Source: Kondoa subrosea (lineage: Eukaryota). Taken from it: a stretch of DNA of 64,000 nucleotides. Location: positions 1,795,129-1,859,128 of the forward strand of contig BCIN01000001.1 of the NCBI GenBank assembly GCA_039545335.1, written 5' to 3'. A model generated the notes under the pieces. The model was not told where the DNA came from. It did not search any database and worked only from the letters and a program-made list of their open reading frames with translations. Shown here piece after piece: positions 12,401 to 26,900 of the stretch (positions are counted from its first letter, which is position 1; each line of letters begins with the position of its first letter). The position numbers and the translations under genes were made by a program.

Positions 12401-14180
12401 TGACTCTGAAGCTCCACTCGAAGGCAACATCTACTGCGATGGATCTGCAGGACTTGTGCCCAAATCTTCGTTTGATTACATGGTAGCACATGGAAAGCTA
12501 CATCAGGCCAAGCCAGACTACACTCCCTGTAATCCTTCACGTTCTGAATCTATACCATGCTAATCATTTATACAGACTTTAGTGGCGAACAAAATCATCT
12601 CGTTTTGGAACATCCGGGTGGTGAAGAAAGGTACGAATTCAATCAGCTACTGCACCGGTCATCTGATACTGCTCAGTCTGATGCTCATGGGGCCTAGAAA
12701 GAGGCAAGACGATGAAGAGGAATATCATCCAAGTATGCCTTCAGCTTCCAATGGTCTACAGTTACTGACTCTCGGTACAATAGTTCTTGAAGCAATGGCT
12801 GTGGTCGAACAGGTACTGCAGCATTGGATGTCTCCTGACGATGCATCCACCTTCAGATCGACTCTAAACCCTTCGCAGTCTATCTTGAAAGCTCTAGCAA
12901 AAGCCTACAGATCGTGAGTTTTAGATCTTCTCCTTGTCCTCATCTCACGACGATTGGGCAGAGGAAACAAACCTGCCTTCAAAGCGAATTTCAAAGAATA
13001 CAATGTTCTGTTAAAGGCACTCAAGAAATCTGGCCGCATAAGACAGCACTTACAGCAGCTACAGCTCATACCTCTGGAAGCGGCCTTCTTCCTGGCCGAA
13101 CAGGTGCGTTTTCTATGAAGATTGCTATTTTTCTTATTTATTTCGCTTCAGGCGTACCAGCGAATTGTTTCACCTCAAACAAGTATTCTCCGCAAGTATC
13201 GTGCCTTCACGGACAATGTGTAAGCGTGCAAAATTATAATAACTTTGCCAAGACTCATGATTGAGTGTTCTTTCAGTTATGGCGAACTTCTTCCGTCTCT
13301 CGAGCAGTAAGTTCGAAGAACCCTTTTCGATTACTCTGTGACCTTTCGGGCCACAGCTCGATGTTCAAGGCCACCAACCTCTCCAAAGATCAAATCTTCC
13401 TGGATTTGGGTAGCGGAGGTTAGTCGATCTTTTTTTGTTATTATATGCAGATTACTGAAGCATTCTCGCACCAGTTGCAAATGCTGTTATTCTTGCCTCG
13501 TTGATCACCGGCTGCGAAAGTCGTACGTTCAGCCGGACGAACTCACCAAATATATCCTTATAGTATTGCTCTGCCTACAGATGGCTTCGAAAACATGCGC
13601 ACGACTCATCAGATCGCTGTCGAGCACATTGAAGAAGTAAAAGCCCGATGTGCATTGTATGCCATTGCGGCTCCGGAGATTCAAGCGCATGTAAGGCCAA
13701 AACACATGCTGAGAATAAGCGGCTCATCATTCTATACAGTTTGGTGATTTCACCGAAGCACCAAGAGCCATTGAACTTTTGCGAAAAGCAGATGTTGTAG
13801 TATGTATTCTTGCTGTCCTGAAAGAATCAGCTCAAGGTTTTATAGCTGGCCAACAACTTTCTCTTCGGTCCAGATACAACGGAGAAGCTGCTCAATTTGT
13901 ATCTCGAGATGAAGCGTGAGTGCTCTCCTTACATATTGAGCGATTGAGCGTTATAAGATGACGATCTGCTACAGCTGGCGCTTATGTTATCTCTCTCAAA
14001 CCTTTTATCAAACCTCGAATTAATGGAAGAAAGCGCAAAGACGATCACGGTCGTACTCGAATGGAAGACCTGATCCTTGAGCAAGTTGCTGAGAAGACTT
14101 ATCCTGCCAATTCCGTATCTTGGAGTGCGAAGCCAGGCAAATGGGTAAAGTGCTGCCCAATCGAGAATGCTCCGCGCTGA
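9465..14180 (+). CDS. DOT1: Dot1 histone H3K79 methyltransferase with long KH-like N-terminal extension
   Basis: C-terminal exons: LVLEHPGGEE, AYQRIVSP...LRKYRAFTDNVYGELLP, IFLDLGSGVANAV, GCESHGFE, GDF, ADVVLANNFLF, LEMKPGAYVISLKPF, SVSWS. The upstream ORFs join in frame through GT-AG introns. Confidence 0.85.
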
Positions 14181-14455
14181 ATCGCAACTCCAGTACATCT
14201 CGCGTATCAAAGATCGCCGAGCTTCGTCGGTCGAAGCCTAATCATCATCACTCAAATTTAAAGCCTGCATCACTTTCAATTCTGTATCAATATTTCCAGC
14301 ATTTGGCAAAACCCGAGTATCATTTAATTGGTCTGTACATTAGATTCCCAGGGAATAAAAGGGGCATCCTTGCACTGTAGCATATTTCCGACGTCACTTC
14401 CGCTCTGCATGAAACCGCGAGGTGTATTCACGACGACTCAGATAGATATTCGCGC

Positions 14456-15191
14456 ATGAATACCATCTCGACGCGAAGAAGCGATACCCCCGAACTTGAT
14501 TTCCTGGTCCTCCTTCTGCTGCATTGCGTGCAAACCTTGGCAATCCTCCCTGCTCTTATTGGCATCATCCTGTGCTGCGGAGCCATATGGTCACCTGTAC
14601 AGCATAGAGAAGATTGGCTATCTGGTTCATCTGCTTTGTCTACACCAGAATTGGTTCTCACAGCAACTTGGGTCAGTTGATTCAATCATTTTCCTCGAAA
14701 GATACACGGAGGCCAATAACATTACACAGGCAATACTGAGCGGCTATCACTCCTATTGTTTAGCAAGAGGTCTCAACATACGTTGGCTAACATTCTATAC
14801 TCTACCATCTACTTTAATCCGCTCTCTGGCTTTACAAGCTTTCGCCTTCCCACTCACTCACTTCACTTTGACCATCCTCTGTTCATCACAACCTTTGGTA
14901 GGTTGGCAATTATGTGGTCTTACTGCATTGTTTAGTGATGTGCTCAAGATTTGGGTTCTATCCAACTTGAAAGGATTCCTAAGTGGAAACGGGACCAGGA
15001 AAAGAGAATTGTTGAAGAAGAGGAAAGAGATGAATAATGGGAACGGAAGTGCAGTAATCCAAGTCAGGAAGAGAGAATGGCAGTGGGAGAGGATATTGAG
15101 AAAATGTTCAGCCAGCGCAGTGTTGCTGTTGATCAGTAATGCTGTCTTGCTATATACTTTGGCGCAAACGAGGAAGAGAGAAAAGGCCTGA
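14456..15191 (+). CDS. EOS1-like ER membrane protein
   Basis: Two exons; LAILPALIG...ELVLTATW-AILSGYHSYCLARGLNIRWLTFYTLPSTLIRSLALQ matches the EOS1 family pattern. Confidence 0.7.
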
Positions 15192-15244
15192 TGCTGATGA
15201 AACAGTGGCATACATCATCGTTGCACAGACAAAGCAAGAGCAGA

Positions 15245-16298
15245 TTAATGCGATTTTACGCTCTTGATCTTAGCGTCCCGGACTCGTCTACGAGGTATGA
15301 AGTCAGTCTTTCTCCTTCTCATTTACGATCACAACTCACTTTCCGAATTCCAGCAGACCAGTTACACCAAACACAGCAGTCGTAGCAGTGAAGGCGATCT
15401 TTGCTTTCAATGGCACCTTGTACTTGGTACACAACGACCTGGATTTCTCGCTTCAGCATCTTCCCAAATCATAAGGAAAAAGAAGAATGGGACCTTACCA
15501 TTGATAAGCCGCTTCAGCCGAATGGGCAACAGCAACAAAGATCCAAGCTGCTTTGATTGTTCTCCATCCACCAGTTGCATGTCTTACAGCAGCTGCCGGT
15601 CGCAGATTGTCAACTGAAAGAAGGCTTGAATCGAGTGGTAGAGAAGCGTAAATTAGGAAAAGGATGAGAACGCCAGTTAACCAGACTAGACGACACAGAG
15701 TCAGACAAGTAATCTGGTCAAGTGCTTGACTCAACATACAATCAGAAGGGAAGGAGAACGTGGAAATGACTGGTTTGGCAGTCTGCGGTGTGATGTTAGG
15801 GAAGTGAAGAATAGGAAAGCAATGCTATCGTACCATGCCGATCTGTTCTTCTGCATCAGTCTTCACTGTAGCCTACGTCAGACAATGTACTTTGAGGAAA
15901 TACGAGCGAGCAAAACTGACTAGCCAACAACCTGGGACGAACTTCCTCGAATCCTTGAAGAGGTGGATCGAATGGTATGACCGTTCGACGTTTCTCTCCG
16001 GCCAAGTGATATGTTAAGATCATTTCCCTTGACGAGATGGATTCCATTGCCATTTGAGTCGCTGAACTTGCTTGTTGGCCATCTTTCTGGATGATGTAGG
16101 CTAGCAGAGTGTCGCCGTGCTTCGACATATATTGCGAAAGGAATGGAGACGGATGGCATAAGATTTAAGGAAGCTGGACAGAGAACTTAGACCTACAAAG
16201 GCTTTTGCTGTGGACGCCGTGGAGTGAATAAGCTAGCACGCAGCATACTCGAAGCAAGCGGCCTACCTAGCTACTGGATCCTCTGTGGTCGACGACAT
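15245..16298 (-). CDS. DUF2470-domain membrane protein
   Basis: YMSKHGDTLLAY...MESISSREMILTY...VIPFDPPLQGFEEVRPRLLAMK, then hydrophobic helices with WIFVAVAHSAEAAY and VFGVTGL. Confidence 0.75.
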
Positions 16299-16350
16299 GT
16301 TTGGGTCGAGTGACGGTAGGAGGTCAACCTTGCTGACTAATATTCAATTG

Positions 16351-17184
16351 TTACACATTCTGCTCCTCTGCCTTCTCCTTCGGCGTATCTACCGGTATCT
16401 CCCCTTCCCTCTCTTTCCCACCTTCTACCAATTGATCAGCCATAGCTCTAATCTTATCCTCTTGCGTTTCCTTCACTTGGACCTCATCTTGACTATAATC
16501 CAATTGACCAACAGGTCTATACAACACTTGCTGTACTCTAACTCCCACCCCAGGTAACGCATTCTTTCTCAAATAATCCAACATGACTCCAATAGTTAAT
16601 TCATCCGTATCCCATATTTTTAAACATCGCTTATGAGTTTTTCTTGCAAAGTTTTCTTGTGATTTCTTATGAACAAAAGGACCAGTAGGAACAGTTTGTA
16701 ATTCTGTTCGAGTTGGTAATGAAACTACGTTGGAACAAGGGATACCTAAAGCTGAAGTTGTTCTTCGAGCGAATTCGACTGCTAAATTCAGTTGAGGGAC
16801 TGAAGGTGTGTAAGATCGGAAATGAAGAGTAGCGACGTGATATTTGTGTGAAGGAGGGATTTGTTTAGGTAGAGAATTGGAAAGCAGACATTGTTCTGCT
16901 GAAGAAGTGTAGCCTCGTGCTTGTATTGGTGCTTCTCTGTGACCGCAGAAAGGTCCCTCAGCTACATAAAGATAGCAAAGAAGCATCCCTGCTCACAGTG
17001 GTTCTTCTACAGGAAAATCTGTACTCGAAGATAAATCATTCGGCAAAGTTGAAGTAGAGGCAATTTGAGAGGCTTCAGGACTTGTAGCTGCTTCTGATTG
17101 AGTTGCAAGCCATCGTTGGCATTGTCTGGCGAAAGGCAGAGCAGTTCTTGAGCGAATCATCGGTCGTTTTGAGCAACAGAGCAT
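16351..17184 (-). CDS. RSM10: mitochondrial ribosomal protein uS10m
   Basis: VATLHFRSY...FARRTTSALGIPCSNVVSLPTRTELQTVPTGPFVHKKSQENFARKTHKRCLKIWD; Arg-rich presequence-like N-terminus; one intron. Confidence 0.92.
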
Positions 17185-17402
17185 GCAGTCGAAATGTCAA
17201 ATGCAGTTTACTGAGACTGCGAGATCTAGTCTACGTCAAACAGGGTGTACTGAGACTTGTCCTCTTCATTTACAAATCATTTAATCGATTCAAACCATAC
17301 TAGACCTCTGAGTCCCTCGACGCTTTCATATCCCATCCCATTCTCATTGCGCCGCACAGCAGCAAACCTGGCACTGTTCCTTCCTTTCCGATGATCATTT
17401 GA

Positions 17403-18119
17403 TCAACCCTGGAAGGGTGGAATCAATCAGCTACCTGAGTCAAACTGTACCAATCGAATCCCGACTTACAGTTCTCAAAATCAAATGCACACCCGAATCA
17501 GTCTCAACCACTCCACTCATCTTGCCCACTTCTAAACCATAAGTAGCTTCCTCAAAAGGTTTTTGCATTTGACCTTTGCCAAAGAAACCTAAATCCCCAC
17601 CATTGGAATGTGAAGAACAATCTGAATTCGTGCTTGCTAATTCAGAGAATTTGTTTGATAAATCTTGACCTGATAATGGGGTGAGTTGATCAGCGTAAGA
17701 TTGTAAGATAGAGAGTGCTTCTTCTTTTGATCGAGTGATATTAGACTGTGCGTTTCATCCCCTTGTTAAATAAGGGTAAAACCTTAATCAAGTTATGCGA
17801 TAACGCACCTCTTTCCATGAAGCAGGTCTACGAGAACCAGACCATTTTACCAATAGATGACTAGCTCGAACTTGGCCATTGTTGTTTTTCGCTGGAGAAG
17901 GAGCAGAAGTAAGTAGTTCAGCACCTTTTAAGCTGGACAGTTGCTCGTTGGACACGTCTGGAGGTTGAGACCAAACGGATTCGCCCTTGGCAGCATTGAA
18001 GAAATAGGGTCGTTGCTGTGCACATCCAACGCTATCTTCTTAGCCTGAGGTAAGGCTGGACAAACGAGCAGGAGGATCACCTTTGAGTTGCTAAAACGGA
18101 TTTCCCAATCAGATGACAT
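17403..18119 (-). CDS. ESS1: parvulin peptidyl-prolyl isomerase Pin1/Ess1 (WW + PPIase)
   Basis: WEIRFSNSK-QRPYFFN...SVWSQP; VRASHLLVK..GSRRPASWKE; SDCSSHSNGGDLGFFGKGQMQKPFEEATY; VETDSGVHLILRT. Confidence 0.95.
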
Positions 18120-18199
18120 GGTTGAATGCGAAAGAGTTGCAGTGCAATACGTAATGTCGCGTGAACATATCCCGAGGCAACATGCAATACACATTGGAA

Positions 18200-18973
18200 C
18201 TACGATGCAGCTACTTTTATACCCTCTGCCTGCACAGGAGCAGCAGCAGGTATAGTCTGATATGCCATCAACTCATGAATCGCTCTTGCAGCCAATTTCA
18301 ATGTCCTTCTCACAGCCATCATCCAAGTAGCACATGATACCGCTCCTAATCCCATAATACGTATATGAGCATATCGACTTGAATGCTCAAGGAGCAGAAT
18401 AGCGCACCAGCAGGACCAAAAGGTAAAGCCAAGAACCAAGTGAAAGGACCAAACCAACCTTTCGGCGCATAGAAGACCGCAGATTTTGAATGCATAGACG
18501 TATATACGAAAGGAGCTGCTGTAGTGAGACAAAAGAGAACAGCAGTGACCATTGTTTGAGTTCCAGCTTTCTGTGTAGTAATGTTTCCATCTGTGCCGTG
18601 CAACTACCCGTTCAGCCTTACAACTGGCATGAAAGGCAATACACGCACTCAGAGTTTCAAGATCAGCTACTTCTTTATCCAACTTGCGTCTGAGTTTAGC
18701 CCAACGAGCAAACTGGTCTTGTGAACTTGTAGCTTGCAATTCAGCTTTAGTAGTCAAGATTTGTTTGCGCAATAATTTCTGTTTCTTATGCAAGGCTGAA
18801 GGAGCTACAGAAGAACGTAGGTAGTTGATCTAATCTCGCTCGCACATCAAAATATAGTCAGAGGACATTGGATTGGAGCGGAAACGGACGACATCTGCTA
18901 TTCTGGCTTTGCCAATGAACGAGACAGCTTCAGTGAGCGCTACAATCAGCGCAAGCCGAAGAAGGAGTAGCAT
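18200..18973 (-). CDS. GET1: GET complex subunit Get1 (WRB/CHD5 family)
   Basis: N-terminal TM, ELQATSSQDQFARWAKLRRKLDK, VFYAPKGWFGP...PFGPAGAVSCATW. Confidence 0.9.
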
Positions 18974-19160
18974 GGTGGTGACGAGACAATGTTGCACAAT
19001 TGTCATGAGGAATGTCATGCACACTGCATTGTCATCCTTGACTTATGCTCATTGCTTCAGATATGGAGCATTACAATTAAATAAGCAGCGATGAATCGAT
19101 GAATCGCCATGTCAGAATCCTATTGCAGGTCTGCTCGTACAACACTCGATAGAAATGCAT

Positions 19161-21383
19161 TCAAACATTGGCAAACAATTCCTGAGCCTTCTTTTGCGCA
19201 ACTTGCATCCTTTCAACCTTCAACTCCAACCCTCTAATCATAATATCCCTTTCGGCCAATTCTTCTTTCAAATTCGCAATCTGAGCTTTCAAGGCTTCTT
19301 CATTCCCGTTCGATACTGGAGAAGAAGAAGAAGCAGAGGGTGAAGGTAGTTTAGCAGGTGTAGATTCCACTGGGGAGGATTTTGGTGATTCTTGTTTGGG
19401 TTCAGAGGTCAAAGGTGCAATGACAGCTTCTTTGATTTTAGAGAAAGTGGATTGTTGTGGTTGAGGAGCTGAAGCACTTCTGGTTGGTGTAGGTTCAGTT
19501 GAAGTAGGAGATGGAGTGTATGTAGATTGAGAAGGAGCTGGTCCGCTTGAGGTTCCGCCGGTCTCTAGATCGATCATGATTGGTGATTTGGTGGAGCCAG
19601 AGAAGAATTCTTTGGCAGAAAGAGCTGGTTTAGCTGAAGGTGCAGGAGGGAAGATATCATTCTGGAAAGCTTCCGACTGTGAAGAAGCAAAAGAGAGCGA
19701 TCAGACAATGCTGATAACCTGCAATCTTTGATGCTCACTTTTCGCGGTACAATGAAGCTGATGGGATCCACAGAGTTGTTAGTGACCTGTAGGATCCACG
19801 AAGCTATAATTAGAGCCAATCTAACCACATTCGCAGATCCGTACCTTGTAAGCTCTGGCGATTTCATGCTCAGACACATTCAATCCCCTTCGTGGTAAGA
19901 AAGTCATTCCTCTTTGAGGATCACCGCTCTTGTATTCCGTCAAGTAGAGCAAGTCGTCGTTTTCGTATTCATAGTATCGAACATTCCCGTCTCTGTGGGA
20001 ACCGAGCTCTTCAGGAAGCTGGTCATACAGCTACAAAGAACATCGCTCGCACCCTTTACCAGCCAAGAATAAGATATTGTTATCACTCCAGAAAGGCATG
20101 AGTGTTCCAGAAGAAGTATCAACCGTAATTTGTTTGACGGGTTTCTCTAATTTGGTAGTATCCCAAAGAAAGACTTGTCTGTCGGACATTCGACTGAAAC
20201 CGGTAGTAACCAATCGATCATGAGTACCTAACCAACAGACCCTACTTCCTTTAACACCCGTATGACTTTCGCTCACGCTAACAGGGGAAGTGGAACTTCT
20301 TAAATCAAACAATCGGAGTTTCTTATCTTTGCAAGTTGTAGCCATCAATGCGCCAGTCGAGTTGAATGAGAGGGATTGGACCATATCTGGATGTGCTTGC
20401 AGTTCAATTTGGGCTACTTGAGCTTCTACATCCCAAATTCGAATGTCTGCTGAAGCCGATGCGAGGACACCAGAAGCTGTTGGATGCCAAAGTACATGAC
20501 CAGCTTTACGTCCGCCGTGAGTGAGGCTTAACACAGGTCAGATAAGTTAGTGACAAGCAAGTACAAAAGCTTACTTGGTAGGCAAAGGCTTGATGTCTTC
20601 TACAGTCTCGCCTTCAATCCATGCGGCTTCCAGCGCAGCATCATCAATTCTTGTAATCTGAACCCGACCTGTCCATTGGGTAATAGCAGATCAGCTTAGC
20701 CTGATACAGCAGCGACCCAACTGACTGTCTTCACCGGCCGAAGCGATAATATGATCATCAAAAGGGTTCCAAGCAGTATCCAGCACACTGTACCCCCATC
20801 GAAAACGCAAATCAGTTATGCAAGCTGATACAATTGCGGTGTGACGTACGGAGCAGCGTGTGCTCGGACTAAAGGATAGACATCTGGGACTTTACCAGAA
20901 TGGGAAAGAGGGATGACTTGGAAAGCTCCTCCTCCGCTGACTTGTCTGTGCATAACACTATTCAGTCCGCTCTGAAGGCGAGCTGGCAACTTCAGACTCA
21001 CGAATTGACGGCCAAGTATAACGGATTAGCTTTGCACAAGTCTGTATCCCAGCTATATGATGAAGCTCAGATTAAGCTGTCACAAGAGCTAAAGGTGGAC
21101 GAGCATACGCTGAAGCTGAGATCTTGATGTTATCAAAGCATTGTTCCTTCTTGGCTTGCTGTCCAAAGGTATGTCTGTATTCCTCTCAGCTGATCAGCCA
21201 TGTAGACAGGTATAGCTGCTAGAAACTTGCCTGTATTTACTCGGTCTGACGAGATTGGCGCATGGATGTCAGAGCGCCCATATTTCAAAGGCAAAGACCG
21301 AAGCTGACCGAACGAAGCGACTGTACATCAGCTTGTCTTCAGCTACATAACGCAGCGAGACAAGCTAAGCTGACGGACCTCAT
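19161..21383 (-). CDS. CRN1: coronin
   Basis: MSRFVRPSKYRHTFG assembled from microexons; WD40 repeats; TTGFSRMSDRQ, FLAGKG, PISFIVPRK; C-terminal coiled coil. Confidence 0.95.
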
Positions 21384-21642
21384 GTCTAATGGTCAAGCCT
21401 CGGTGTGATGCAAAGGGAGGAGAGCGATAGAACAGGGATAAATCAGTGCAACCAATTCTGGAGCTAATCCGCTGATATTCTAGCTGTGTGTATGAGACAG
21501 AACAAGGTGATAGCTTCGGAACAAAGATACCTTTGCTTGTCGTGACAACCGGTCAACGTCAACCTCATGAGGCAAACGAGATCGAGTGACTTAGTGACGC
21601 GGACTCTCTCTCTCTTGCCTTGAACCATCAATCTACACAACA

Positions 21643-23526
<1,884 letters not shown>

Positions 23527-23908
23527 TCAACTTGAACTTGCAATCTCGCCTTCAATTCTGCAAGCGCGATTGTTCTGCTGAAACAGAGAGTAGTTAGCCT
23601 CAATCAATGCATTGTACATGTCACACACAGCCACGTCTTTTCCCGCGCGACTTGCACACCTTGACATTGATGATTGATTAGTAATTCTCTTTTCCCTTTG
23701 CTACGAACCCGAAGCGCGAAGAAAGGCAACCGGATTGAGACTACAGCGCTCCTTGAAGCCCAGAAGGGCACTATATATCCTTTTCACCCTAGATACCGCT
23801 GGCTTACATTTGAGTCGAGCAAATCTCGTTTTCGTGTACCGTGGCCTCGAGGGGAGCACCCGACCTGTAGGAGTCGTTCAACACGTCTCGAACTAGTGCC
23901 ACTACACT

Positions 23909-26900
23909 ATGGGTGTGCATGGTAAGTCTTCCCAACCCTGTCTGTAATTGTCTGACAATCCATTGAACAGGATTATGGCAGCTCATCAACCCTGTGGCAC
24001 GGCCTATGGCACTGGAAACTTTAGGCAACAAGAAGCTAGCTATTGATTCTTCCATTTGGGTGTACCAGTTCCAGCTGTCTATGCGTGATAAAGAAGGCAG
24101 AGCATTGGACAACGCGCATATCTTAGGTTTCCTTCGACGAATTACTAAGCTTCTCTACTATGGTATCAAACCTGTCTTTGTCTTTGATGGAGGTGCACCA
24201 GCTATCAAACGTATTGCGATCTCTGAGCGAAAGAAGAGAAAGAAGGGAGGAGCTGATAATCTCAAGAAAACGGCAGAGAAACTCTTGGCTGCTCAACTAA
24301 GGAAAGCTGCTGTAGATGAGTTGCAGAAACAGAAGCAGATGGAAGATACTGGGGATTACATTGGAGATGATGCTACTTATTTGGATGATCTCGAACCTGG
24401 GATTCAACCTAGAGGAGCACCGACTCAAAGTCGTCTGACGAATGATGACAATCCACCTGCCGCAAAGAAGAAGAAATATGTGCATCGAGATCAATATGCT
24501 TTGCCTGAATTGGATGAACCTATTCAAGCGAAAGCTACCCTTGCAGACCCTAGAATGGCTACTGAAGCGGAACTGCGAGACTTTATTGATGACCTGAGGC
24601 CTGAGGACTTTGATGTGGATGGAGAATGGTTTGCCGGTCTTTCTACCGAAGTGAAATATGAAATCATTGGCGATTTGAGGTTTGTTGGATAAAGCTACCG
24701 GCTACTGTCCATGCTTACAGTGCTCTTTGCAGGATCAAATCTCGCCAGAGTAATCATAAACGCGTGGATCAGATGCGCCAAGCTGCTACACCGCTCGATT
24801 TCTCCAAATCGCAAATCAAATACCTCATGCAGCGGAATGATCTAACTCAAAAACTCTTCACTGTCACTGATGATATCTCGCAAGCTAATATCTCGATACC
24901 AGTTCGAATCGCAAGCGAGCGCAACAAATCTTATGTTTTGGTCAAGAACGATGCTGCTTCTGGAGGTGGTTGGGTTTTAGGTGTCAGAGATCCAGCACCT
25001 CAAGGAAGTAAATCGTCCCCTGTCAAGATCGACATGACTACCGAAAGCGACACTACTCATTCTGAAAACGATACCGATGATTTCGAAGCTGTTCCGATCC
25101 CAGATGCACCCAGACATTCGTCACCTGATCCAATAGAACGCAAAAGGCATGCCTTTCAAGCTATACAGAGAAAGTATGCACCGCAAGAAGTTGAAGAGGA
25201 AGATGATTCCGCTTTATTTGAGCGACCACCTCAACCTATGCAGAACCCTCTCTTCTCTTTTCTAGGCGAAGATACAGATCCAGTACCTGGCTTGAACGAT
25301 TCCATCTTTGCTGCAGCAGATGCCGACCCTGAATTATTAGCAGACATCCACCGAGAACTGACGAAGTTCGACGGGACTATGGCTTCTACTTCGCATGGAC
25401 AAGAAGCATACATTCCTATGGCATCTGGATCGGGTTCTCATGAAACTCTGGCTTCCAGATCCACTTCGCAGCAACAGCATCCAGAACCTAGCTCAAGCGA
25501 TGAAGAGATGCTTGAGGAAATTGTTGTGCCTACACCTCAAAAATCTCAACTTCCGGTAACGATCCATGACTCTTCGGACTCTGACATTTCAGTCGAAGAA
25601 GTTGCTGGTCAGCCTGACCGGGCCATCAAAAGCTTACCCAAACGAGCTCGTTCTCCCTCAGCTCCAGTGTCGGCCAACGCCAAAGGCAAGCAGCGAGCGT
25701 CTCCTCCGACAAATTCTATTCGAGCATCTCCACAGCCCGCGTCTAGTCGAGCATCTCCGAAACCTGCCGCGCAAGTATCCAATGGTGTGGTTCAGCGAGA
25801 TTTTGCTTCGAGGCCTGCTTTACCCACACGCCTTTCATCTAATCATCGTAACGCTGCTCAACTTTCGCCTCGTGCTGCTTCCCGATCTTCTTCGACTCGT
25901 ATTTCTCCCTTACCTTCTTCAGCTCGTCCTTCGCCTGCGCCTTCCCGAAACCCTTCGATTCGACCCTCACCATTCCGATATGTTGGTCAAGATCCAGCGG
26001 AAGATGGATCAGGCGATGTGGATTTTACAACAGAAGACTATGATCAAGGCCCTTCTTTGATCGATACAGCCTTAGCAGCGAATGACTCGGACTCGGAGCA
26101 AGAATCTCGCCTGCAAAGTCGACCCAAAAGTCCACTGAAGCAAAGTGCCCAAGTTGCGCCGTCTTTCTCTTCACCTCAAGTTCAACGAAACCCTTCTTCT
26201 GCTCCTCTTTTTCGTCAAAGTCCAGAGATTCCTAACCAGACGCCACAAGTGTCCGATGTAGCAACTCTTGAACAATACGCAGAATCCCCTCTGCCGCTTC
26301 AGACGCAAGAGACCCCTGCTCAATCAGACGGAGCCGAAAAGCTATCTCTGAAGTCCCAAGATCCTGTTGAAGACCCGACAGCTGCTCTAGAGGCGGAAGA
26401 GCAGCAGACTCGAGTAATTGCACCAGATCAGCCCAAAGATGTACTCAACACATCCTCAACCTCTGCAGCACCTGACGATGAAGAAGAGGAAGAGGGAGCA
26501 ATTGCCTGGTCTCGATCTCCGTCTCCGGTAGCCAATCGACCTCAGAAGCGTCCTGCGCCAATTGAATCGACTAGTTTTGATGCTTCTGTGCCAGAAGATT
26601 TCCCTTTGCTCGATGCTGGTCACGAATTGAGTGATGAAGAACCCGATGCACATTTGATGGAAGAAGCTCAAACCCAAGCCAATCTCATGGCGGAAGAAGG
26701 TCATTTCAACACCTTCTTTCAGGATTTGCACAAGCGAGATCTAAATCAGATGTCAAACGAGCTGGATGCAGAGATCAGACAACTCAACCAGCAGCGGGTG
26801 AAGGATAGGAGGAATGCTGATGAGATTACGCTGCAGATGTCTAAAGATATCCAGGTAAACACCATGCTACTTTTCACTTAGCCATGCTAATCTCCTCAAA

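Noticed and set aside
6387..14180. NSE2-SWC3-DOT1 as a functional chromatin gene cluster
   Set aside because: Adjacency is easily chance in a gene-dense genome, and there is no synteny evidence here.
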